A DNA stretch of 53,787 nt. Source: Methanomassiliicoccales archaeon (GTDB lineage Archaea > Thermoplasmatota > Thermoplasmata > SG8-5 > JAGLSY01). The stretch covers positions 1 to 53,787 of the forward strand of contig DAOVGM010000022.1 of assembly GCA_030672365.1 (NCBI GenBank), written 5' to 3'. Position 1 is the stretch's first letter. Every line of letters begins with the position of its first letter. Below the pieces are notes generated by a model. The model saw only the letters and a program-made list of their open reading frames with translations. It ran no database searches and had not been told where the DNA came from. The translations under genes and the position numbers were made by a program. Of this stretch, positions 25,587 through 32,655 are shown piece after piece.

Positions 25587-27848
25587 ATGGCTCTGTTCGG
25601 CAAGAAGAAGAAAAAGAAAGATTCTGAAGCAGAAGATAAAATCGGTGACATGGGGGCGCTGACCGACGCGAAATCCGGCTTCCATTTTGGCAGGGACAAG
25701 GACGAACCAGAGGAAGAACCGACAGAAGAAGAGTTTTATGATGACGAAGACGACGATGTAGACGGAGTAGTTTGCCCGGTTTGCGAAGAATCTTCCCCGC
25801 CCGGAACCGAGGAGTGCGTCCATTGCGGCAACGCGCTGGATGATTCATTGGGCTTCCTGGGTGCAGAGCCTGAAGAGGAAGACGTGCCCGAGCCCGAAGA
25901 ATCGGACATCAAAGATGTCACCGAAGTCGAAGCTGAGTCAGAGGTTTTAGAGGATTCTGTAGAAGAAGTTGTTGAGGGAGAGCCAGACTTTGTAGAAGCT
26001 GAGACTCCCGACGAGGAAGAGGTCGTCGAGGAAGAAGAAATCGAATATGTCGAAGAGCCGGTAGAAGAAGCTTCTATCGGTGAGGAACCGGTAGAAGAAG
26101 AGTTGGAATTCATGCTCGAGACTGAAGACGTGCCTGAACCAGAAGAGCCAGCTGCTCCAGTCATGTCCGACAAGGAGAGAAAAGATGTAGAAAAGGCGGT
26201 CAATAAGAAAATCAAGTCACTGTACAAGGATTTGAAGAAGGGTAAAATCACGCAGGATGATTATGACCAACAAGTTCGCGATGTCAAGATTTCATTAGGA
26301 TTGCTGGCTCCCGAGCCGGTAGAAGAGTTTGTTGAGGAGGACATCAAAGATGTCACCGGTATCGAAGATACCACCGATATCGAAGAGACTCCACCGCCGC
26401 CTTCTGAACCGGAGCCAGAACCTCCAGCTGTTGAGGAAGTTGTGGAAGAGGTCGCCGAGGAAATTATCGACGAGCCAGATGAGGACATCGGAGATGTCAC
26501 CGGTATCGAAGATGCCACCGATATCGTACTCTCCGAAGAGCTCGTTCGCGCCGAGGGCATCGAAGGTATCACCGAAATCGAGGAGGAGTTCGAACTCGAT
26601 GCGGAGGACCTTCTGGGAGAGGTTGTGGCAACAGAGAATGGACTCGAAAACGGTTTCGACATCGATGATATTTTGCCTCCCGAGCTTTTGATTCTCGAAG
26701 AGCTGGAGTTTCTTCCTGAAGAGGTCGTGGAGGAAGAGACGGGGCCTGCAGTAGTACCTGATGGGAAAGTCGAGGCGGAGCCGGAAAAGGTCGGGTTCAT
26801 GGAAACCAGAAGAAAGCGGAAGGAGAAAATCACCAAACTCGACGTAAGAGAGGCCGAACTTGAAACTGTAGAGACTAAGCTGGAGGAAAGAAAGGAGGAG
26901 CTTGAGGAGGAAGCCACAAAAGTCGAAGAGGACATCATCAGGGCTCAGACTGAGTTGCAAATCGCCCAGACTAAAACCCAGGTGCTGGATGCCCGCGAAG
27001 CCGAATTGAGCCGGCGCGAGCAGGAGCTCGTGGCCGGTCAGGAAGAATTGGATGCGAAGAAGGAAGAGGTTCGCGAGATATCTAAGCGAATGAAGGGCAG
27101 AAAAGAGGAACTGGATACCCGCGAAGAAACCATGACGTCCAGAGAGGACCAGTTCAATGAAAGGCAGAGAATTCTTACCCAGCGAGAGGATGATTTCCGT
27201 GAGAAGGAAGCAACTTTCAGGGAGCAAAGAGAGGTAATTCTTGAAAAAGAGAGGGGGCTTAAGGAGAAGGCAAGCGAGCTGAATACCCAGGAAGACGAGC
27301 TGGACGAGGAAAGGATGGCTGCCAGACGGCGTGCTAGTGAACTCGACGATGTTCGCAGGGACCTTGATGCCAGGGAGCGCGAATTCGAGGGCCGTGAGAG
27401 GGAGATCAACGAGAATGAAGAGGATATCCAGCAACGCGAGGAATCGCTTTCGACGAAAGAGGCAGACCTAAACAGGATGAGGGAAGATGCCATTGCCCTC
27501 GAGAACGAGTTGAACACCAAGGGCGGAGAGCTGGCCGGCCAGGAAGCGGACCTCAGGCAGAGAGAGGATAGGCACGAGGAATGGAAGAAGCGGCTGGAAG
27601 AGAGAGAGGAGGATTTGGCCACGCGGAGCAACGACCTCGAAAGTAAGCTGGCTAATTTACGTGCTCAGGAAAGAGACGTCGAAGACAGGAAAGGCCGAAT
27701 CAAGGAAAAGGTCATGGAAATCAAGGAGCTGGAAAGTGATACTCTGCGCAGAAAGAAGGACGTCGACAAGATTGAGCTCTTGTTGATCGAGAAGGAAACC
27801 GAGTTATTCGAGAAGGAGCAGGATATCGTCAGGAAGGCCGCGAAATAA
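25587..27848 (+). CDS. Zinc-ribbon / hyper-acidic / long coiled-coil protein (cassette gene 1)
   Basis: 753 aa. CPVC-x10-CVHC ribbon near the N-terminus, about 350 aa of D/E-rich sequence with three DI[KG]DVT[GE][IV]E repeats, and a C-terminal ~330-aa heptad-rich region with recurring [RK]EEEL/REDD units. Confidence 0.8.
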   Translation: MALFGKKKKKKDSEAEDKIGDMGALTDAKSGFHFGRDKDEPEEEPTEEEFYDDEDDDVDGVVCPVCEESSPPGTEECVHCGNALDDSLGFLGAEPEEEDVPEPEESDIKDVTEVEAESEVLEDSVEEVVEGEPDFVEAETPDEEEVVEEEEIEYVEEPVEEASIGEEPVEEELEFMLETEDVPEPEEPAAPVMSDKERKDVEKAVNKKIKSLYKDLKKGKITQDDYDQQVRDVKISLGLLAPEPVEEFVEEDIKDVTGIEDTTDIEETPPPPSEPEPEPPAVEEVVEEVAEEIIDEPDEDIGDVTGIEDATDIVLSEELVRAEGIEGITEIEEEFELDAEDLLGEVVATENGLENGFDIDDILPPELLILEELEFLPEEVVEEETGPAVVPDGKVEAEPEKVGFMETRRKRKEKITKLDVREAELETVETKLEERKEELEEEATKVEEDIIRAQTELQIAQTKTQVLDAREAELSRREQELVAGQEELDAKKEEVREISKRMKGRKEELDTREETMTSREDQFNERQRILTQREDDFREKEATFREQREVILEKERGLKEKASELNTQEDELDEERMAARRRASELDDVRRDLDAREREFEGREREINENEEDIQQREESLSTKEADLNRMREDAIALENELNTKGGELAGQEADLRQREDRHEEWKKRLEEREEDLATRSNDLESKLANLRAQERDVEDRKGRIKEKVMEIKELESDTLRRKKDVDKIELLLIEKETELFEKEQDIVRKAAK

Positions 27849-27949
27849 CGTTGGCTTGTTCCCCGCACCCGCAAAAATCATTTATATATCTTTATCATAT
27901 CACTTCCAAGTCTCACTTGATGTAACATCAAGATTATTGGGGGGCTTTA

Positions 27950-28693
27950 ATGAACGGAGAAGCAGAAACGACAGATTCAGGTACGAAGAAAAATGAGAGA
28001 ATACCTACCTACGTTATCGGGTTGGATGACATCCTGGAGGGCGGCGTTCCGAAGGACTACATAGTTCTAGTTTGCGGTCACGCCGGAACGATGAAATCGT
28101 CCGTGGGATACAGCATCATCTACAACGGCGCCAAAAACAGCAATTTGAAAGCCATTTACCTAACGCTGGAACAGGGGAAAGAGAGTATCATAGAACACAT
28201 GGAAAAACTGGGAATGCCGTCGACAGGACTGGACAGTCTCGTTGTCGTCGACCTTTCTAGGGTCAGGAAAGACATCACCGAAGACAAGACCAAACCGCAG
28301 AACGTCGACTGGCTCAAGTCAATCATCGGTGTGCTCAGGAACTACAAGGAGAGATTCGGATGTGAAGTCCTTGTGTTGGACTCTCTGGCTGCCCTTTATG
28401 CTCTTACGACCTTCAAAAACCCGCGTGGTGAGTTGTTCCACTTCTTTGAACAGATTAGAGATCTGGGTGTCACGACATTCCTCATCTCTGAGATGCCGAC
28501 CGACAGAGAAGTTTTCGGTCTCTACGGAATCGAGGATTTCCTTTCAGACGGTATCATTCACCTGAAGGTCGAGTTCACGGACCAGGGCGCGAACCTGTAT
28601 CTGGGTGTTGTGAAAATGAGAAAAACGCATCACTCCAGAAAATACATGCCTTTGATATTCGAGAACGGAGCCTTTGAGGTAGTTAGACAGTAG
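27950..28693 (+). CDS. KaiC/RecA-like ATPase (single domain), variant P-loop (cassette gene 2)
   Basis: 247 aa. GLDDILEGGVPKDYIVLVCGHAGTMKSSV (Walker A with Met before Lys), Walker B EVLVLDSLAAL, and YLGVVKMRKTHHS, a KaiC-family C-terminal motif. Confidence 0.85.
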   Translation: MNGEAETTDSGTKKNERIPTYVIGLDDILEGGVPKDYIVLVCGHAGTMKSSVGYSIIYNGAKNSNLKAIYLTLEQGKESIIEHMEKLGMPSTGLDSLVVVDLSRVRKDITEDKTKPQNVDWLKSIIGVLRNYKERFGCEVLVLDSLAALYALTTFKNPRGELFHFFEQIRDLGVTTFLISEMPTDREVFGLYGIEDFLSDGIIHLKVEFTDQGANLYLGVVKMRKTHHSRKYMPLIFENGAFEVVRQ

Positions 28694-28716
28694 TCAAATT
28701 GACAAGGGGTAACCTG

Positions 28717-30012
28717 ATGGCTAAGAAAAAAGGTGGTTCAAAGAAAAAGAGAACGTCTTCCAAATCGAAGAAGAAGGGAGCGCCTAAATCGAAGGCGAGG
28801 CAAAAGGCAAAGAAGGAAGAACCGGTAGTTGCGCCGGAGCCGGTCGAAGAGCTTCCTCCCCCGCCGCCACCGCCCGAGCCAGAGGAACCCGACATCAAAG
28901 ATGTCACCGGCATCGAAGATGCCACCGATATCGAAGATATCACCGATACCGAAGGTGTCACCGAAATCGAGCCCGAGGAAGAAGAGTCGAAACTCAGTGA
29001 TGCTGTTTCGGCTGTCATAGGTGATGATGATGCGAAGCCAAAATCCAAGGAGAAGAAGTCGCCGACCCAGCAAAAGAGAGAAAAATTAATTCTCCAGTGG
29101 ACTGCCGAGGGTTACAATGTCGACCACCTTGAAGACCTTTTGGCCAGCGGTGTGAAGAAGGGCGTGAAAAAGGCCTTCGACGATTTTGAAAAGGGCATCA
29201 GCAGAATTGAGGAAATCAAGGAGGAATTGGACGGTGCCAACATCGCCGACGTCGAGGCAGAGTATAACGATTTAACGGCCATGTTATCATCCCCCGGAGA
29301 CATCGGGAACATTGAGACCGCTTTCGTTAACTTGAAAGCCCGGATCAAGGCCAAGGAGTTGGAGAAGGAACTGGACGGCATGAAACTGCCGCAGTTTAAA
29401 GATCAGATTGACGAAATCCGTGAAATGCTGGCTGACCCAGATAGAGTCGACGAAGCCGAGAAGGCCATCGAAGACTTCAAGAAGGGTTATAAGGAAGCTT
29501 ATTTCGAAGATAGTGTGGCCTCGCTTGTTACGGGCCCGGAAACCGCAAAACCGAAGGCGGCGAAACCGACTGCTCCGAGACCCGGCGCGGTAAAAACCCC
29601 GATGACAGTCCGCGATATATTCTTGCTTTACAGAAACGGCAAGTTCATTTCCCACCATACTGGCCGTGTCGTTCCGAAGGAGGAGCAGGAGCAGTTGTTC
29701 GCAGACCTGAAGACCGGCCGCAACTACCTCAAATCACCGAATTACAAGCCCAAAAAATTGAATGTCATCTCTGTCAACAACAGGAAAATCCTCGTTCAGG
29801 GCGGACTGTTTACCGTCGTGGTCATCATCGCCGAGGGCGAGGTCAATCCGTGGACAGAAAAAATCGTCGGAAAGGTTCTCGGCCTCATGGAGAAGGAGGA
29901 CCGGGTTCCGCTGCAGAACTGGAACGGCGACGTTGCCTCGCTGAAGAGTGCCGGCAAGTACATGACCGCCCTTCTGTACGCGACGATGAAGCTCGGGAAA
30001 AAGGCAGATTAG
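28717..30012 (+). CDS. Lys-rich / acidic-repeat / helical protein with a C-terminal roadblock/longin-like domain (cassette gene 3)
   Basis: About 431 aa from the ATG at 28717 (the ORF opens at TTG 28699). Order of segments: KKKGGSKKKR..., PPPPPPP, DIKDVTGIEDATDIEDITDTEGVTEIE, helical middle (LILQWTAEGYNVDHLEDLL...), and C-terminal IFLLYRNGKFISHHTG...FTVVVIIAEG domain. Confidence 0.75.
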   Translation: MAKKKGGSKKKRTSSKSKKKGAPKSKARQKAKKEEPVVAPEPVEELPPPPPPPEPEEPDIKDVTGIEDATDIEDITDTEGVTEIEPEEEESKLSDAVSAVIGDDDAKPKSKEKKSPTQQKREKLILQWTAEGYNVDHLEDLLASGVKKGVKKAFDDFEKGISRIEEIKEELDGANIADVEAEYNDLTAMLSSPGDIGNIETAFVNLKARIKAKELEKELDGMKLPQFKDQIDEIREMLADPDRVDEAEKAIEDFKKGYKEAYFEDSVASLVTGPETAKPKAAKPTAPRPGAVKTPMTVRDIFLLYRNGKFISHHTGRVVPKEEQEQLFADLKTGRNYLKSPNYKPKKLNVISVNNRKILVQGGLFTVVVIIAEGEVNPWTEKIVGKVLGLMEKEDRVPLQNWNGDVASLKSAGKYMTALLYATMKLGKKAD

Positions 30013-30084
30013 ATTTGTGGCTTCCAACAGTTAATTTTAGATATGAAAACTCACATATGCCACAATATACAGTGAGGGAAAATT

Positions 30085-30408
30085 ATGGATGCTGCAGAGG
30101 TTGTTCTCGGATTTTTGAAGTTGGCAGGCATAGTATTGGCCGCCGCCGGAGTTATTCTTGCATTGACAAAGGGACGGAAAGCTTTGTCGTTCACAGGCGG
30201 GGGCATCATCGGAAAGGTCATGCTTTACACGATGGTTGCCACGATAATATATCTCATCGCATTCATTCTGGATGCCACCAGCGTGGTCTGGGGTGACTTC
30301 TTTGACGCTTTGAAAACAATCGTCCTATTCGGTCTGGGTGTCTGCTTTTTCGCAGTTCTCTGGGAAATAATAGAGCATCTGGAGGATTTTAAGAAATATG
30401 TCGGGTGA
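30085..30408 (+). CDS. Small integral membrane protein, about 3 TM (cassette gene 4)
   Basis: 107 aa with three hydrophobic stretches (LKLAGIVLAAAGVILAL, VMLYTMVATIIYLIAFIL, IVLFGLGVCFFAVLW). A GAGGG lies upstream of the ATG. Confidence 0.6.
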   Translation: MDAAEVVLGFLKLAGIVLAAAGVILALTKGRKALSFTGGGIIGKVMLYTMVATIIYLIAFILDATSVVWGDFFDALKTIVLFGLGVCFFAVLWEIIEHLEDFKKYVG

Positions 30409-30412
30409 TTGA

Positions 30413-30682
30413 CTGGATTCTAATGCTTTCATTTCAGATATTGAGGAAAAACTCACGCCCATCGCCCCCATAATCAAGTTCGCAATAAAAAAGCAGCTGG
30501 AGGACATCGGTGCGGACCGCGACAACCTGACTCCGGAGCAGGCCATCCAGTTCATAAATAACATGATTGAGGCCTTGGGTCTCTTCCTCGGCAACAGGGG
30601 GGCTGGGGAATCGAGAAAGTTCATGATGAGTGCCCTCAGAAAATATGCCCCAGATTATTTCGAAGAGCATTCTTTGATATAG
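30413..30682 (+). CDS. Protein-like 89-codon ORF without a canonical start (cassette gene 5?)
   Basis: Stop-to-stop open frame LDSNAFISDIEEKLTPIAPIIKFAIKKQLEDIGADRDNLTPEQAIQFINNMIEALGLFLGNRGAGESRKFMMSALRKYAPDYFEEHSLI. The first internal ATG is at codon 51. An in-frame ATG-TCG-GGT-GAT-TGA lies immediately upstream (30398-30412). Confidence 0.45.
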   Translation: MDSNAFISDIEEKLTPIAPIIKFAIKKQLEDIGADRDNLTPEQAIQFINNMIEALGLFLGNRGAGESRKFMMSALRKYAPDYFEEHSLI

Positions 30683-30689
30683 TGATCTC

Positions 30690-31229
30690 ATGACAGTCAT
30701 AGTACTATCCGGTATGCCCGGTGCAGGGAAGGAGATATTTGTGAAAACCGCGGTTGAGAAAGGTTTCGAAGTCGTCAGAATGGGCGACGTGGTTCGGCAG
30801 TTCGCAGACGATGCTGGATTGGGAAAAGACGATGACTCGGTCGGCGGTTTCGCAAACTCGGAGAGAGAAAAGCACGGCCTGGACATCTGGGCGAAACGGA
30901 CGGTCGAGCAACTGTCTGCCCCCCGTTCTCTGATTGACGGCTGCCGAAGTCTACACGAACTTGATCATTTCAAGGGCCGGATACCCGGTGTGACCACGGT
31001 CAGTGTGAATGCAGACGAGCGAATCAGGTTCGCTCGCCTGAAGATGCGGGGGAGGGAGGATGATCCTTCTGCGTTCGAGGATTTCAAAAAGCGAGAGGCT
31101 AGGGAAATCGGATGGGGAATATTGGATGCGGTGGGGCGCGCCGACATCCGGCTGAAGAACGAGGCCAGTATATCACAATTCGAAGAAAAATGCAGGGAAA
31201 TCATTTCGGAAATCATGGGCCGGGATTGA
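30690..31229 (+). CDS. P-loop NMP-kinase-like protein (archaeal UPF0200 family type)
   Basis: 179 aa. VIVLSGMPGAGKE P-loop, VVRMGDVVR..., and a small-kinase layout resembling the archaeal UPF0200 / dephospho-CoA-kinase-like proteins. Confidence 0.75.
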   Translation: MTVIVLSGMPGAGKEIFVKTAVEKGFEVVRMGDVVRQFADDAGLGKDDDSVGGFANSEREKHGLDIWAKRTVEQLSAPRSLIDGCRSLHELDHFKGRIPGVTTVSVNADERIRFARLKMRGREDDPSAFEDFKKREAREIGWGILDAVGRADIRLKNEASISQFEEKCREIISEIMGRD

Positions 31230-31291
31230 GAAAAGTATATAATCGAAACCGTAGTTGGGGGGTGACCCCTGACTTGGAAAAGGTGGTAAGC

Positions 31292-32431
31292 ATGAAGGAA
31301 ATGAACATTCAGGAAACAGAAGCCAGACACATTATGAGCAAGAAACTGGTAACCGTCGACTGCCGGGACGAGCTTTCGCACGTTCTCGGGCAGATGCGCG
31401 AACATGGCCTCAGCGACCTGCCCGTGGTCGATAATTCAAAACTGGTGGGGCACGTCAGCTATGACACGTTCCTCAAGAGGCGCAATATCCCTCTGACTAC
31501 CAAGGTAGAGAACTTCATGAGCTTTCCGCCGAAGCTTGCCCAGGGCAATTCCATCATGGAGATTGCCGAGCTTATGTTATCATCCGGCTATCGTGCCGTG
31601 CCTGTCACGAAAGATGAAAAAATCGTCGGCATCGTGACGCGTACCGACCTCATGAAAATCATTCCGCAGATGAAAATTCTCAACAAAATTCAAGTAAAGG
31701 AGATAATGACGCATTCGCCGCATTGTGTCAGCGAAAAGGACAAGCTGGATAAAGCGAAAAGTTTGATGAGCCGCCTCGATGTCCGAGCACTGCCCGTCGT
31801 CGATGCCAAGAATAAAATTACGGGCGTCATCGGTATCAAAGACATCACGGAATATGCATGGCGGGACAAAAGCAGGGTGAGTATGTACGAGGGCGGTGGA
31901 GAAAGCTCTCCTGTCAAAATCACGGTGTCCAGCGTCATGAACAAGCCGCCGATAAGCATCGACGAGAAATCCATGATACCGGACGCGGTCAAACTGATGG
32001 TGGAAAACAGCATTTCGACGATCGTTGTCACCGAGAGAGACACCCCCATCGGCGTCATAACCCAATACGACCTCATGGAATTGTTAGCCAGCTTCCAGGA
32101 AAAAGAGGGTGTTTTCGTTCAGATATCGGGATTGGAAATGGCCGAATCGGACGTCTACGATATGATGTATGACCTCATCCAGAAGTCGATGAAGCGCCTC
32201 GGAAAACTCGTCAAGCCGAAGATATTCACGATCCACGTGAGCATGCACAGCGAGGGAAAGGACCACCACTCCGGGAGATACCACCTTACCGGCCGCCTCA
32301 CCACAGACCATGAGATGTACTATGCCAACTCAATTGACTGGGATTTGATGAAGTGCATGAGCGAGATGCTGAGCCAGCTTGACAGAATGATAAGAAAGGA
32401 CAAGAGGAAGAGGACAGAACATCGTAAATAA
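31292..32431 (+). CDS. Four-CBS-domain protein fused to a C-terminal HPF/RaiA-like (ribosomal S30AE-type) domain
   Basis: Start at the MKEMNIQ ATG (AGGTGG upstream); the longer ORF start at 31112 would overlap the preceding gene. Four CBS repeats (IMSKKLVTV..., FMSFPPKLA..., IMTHSPHCV..., VMNKPPISI...). The C-terminus VFVQISGLEMAESDVYDMMYDLIQKSMKRLGK...FTIHVSMH...YHLTGRL...YYANSIDWDLMKCMSEMLSQLDRMIRKDKRK aligns by eye with E. coli HPF. Confidence 0.8.
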   Translation: MKEMNIQETEARHIMSKKLVTVDCRDELSHVLGQMREHGLSDLPVVDNSKLVGHVSYDTFLKRRNIPLTTKVENFMSFPPKLAQGNSIMEIAELMLSSGYRAVPVTKDEKIVGIVTRTDLMKIIPQMKILNKIQVKEIMTHSPHCVSEKDKLDKAKSLMSRLDVRALPVVDAKNKITGVIGIKDITEYAWRDKSRVSMYEGGGESSPVKITVSSVMNKPPISIDEKSMIPDAVKLMVENSISTIVVTERDTPIGVITQYDLMELLASFQEKEGVFVQISGLEMAESDVYDMMYDLIQKSMKRLGKLVKPKIFTIHVSMHSEGKDHHSGRYHLTGRLTTDHEMYYANSIDWDLMKCMSEMLSQLDRMIRKDKRKRTEHRK

Positions 32432-32435
32432 CCAG

Positions 32436-32600
32436 GCCATTAATGATCTCACATTGTGAGCATGGCCTGGATATTTCCTCTCAGCAGCCATATGCTCAAC
32501 CTCTCGAAGCCAGAAATTCCATTTGCTGGCTTCGAGTTCTTATGAATAGTTTTCGATGAGCATACGGCGGTATCACTCTGCATCGTATAATTTTTAAAAT
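32436..32600. repeat. Family-B hairpin mosaic (B3)
   Basis: CAGCAGCCATATGCTCAA-CCT-CTCGAAGCCAGAAATTCCATTTGCTGGCTTCGAG plus GATGAGCATACGGCGGTATC. Its reverse complement recurs at 38483-38530. Confidence 0.5.
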
Positions 32601-32655
32601 TTGGTTGATGAACGAAAAATAGTTATGGTTCTCTTGTCCCTTATGTATTAGCATC

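Noticed and set aside
25736-27631. Long antisense and alternative-frame ORFs (25736-26251, 26261-26938, 26295-27434, 27038-27631), and likewise 15802-16188 and 15310-15702 opposite the other acidic gene
   Set aside because: These are Ser/Leu/Arg-rich mirror-image translations of GAA/GAG-rich low-complexity coding sequence. The sense-strand proteins have recognisable ribbons and coiled coils, whereas these have none.
30085-30682. Programmed frameshift fusing the 107-aa membrane protein to the start-less ORF
   Set aside because: A +1 shift runs into TGA at 30410-30412, and a -1 shift enters a frame that terminates after about 20 codons. A fusion by a simple frameshift is therefore not possible.
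31112-31291. 60-codon 5' extension of the CBS-domain ORF
   Set aside because: It overlaps the 3' end of the preceding kinase-like gene in another frame and has a Gly/Arg-rich random composition. An ATG with an AGGTGG upstream at 31292 fits better.
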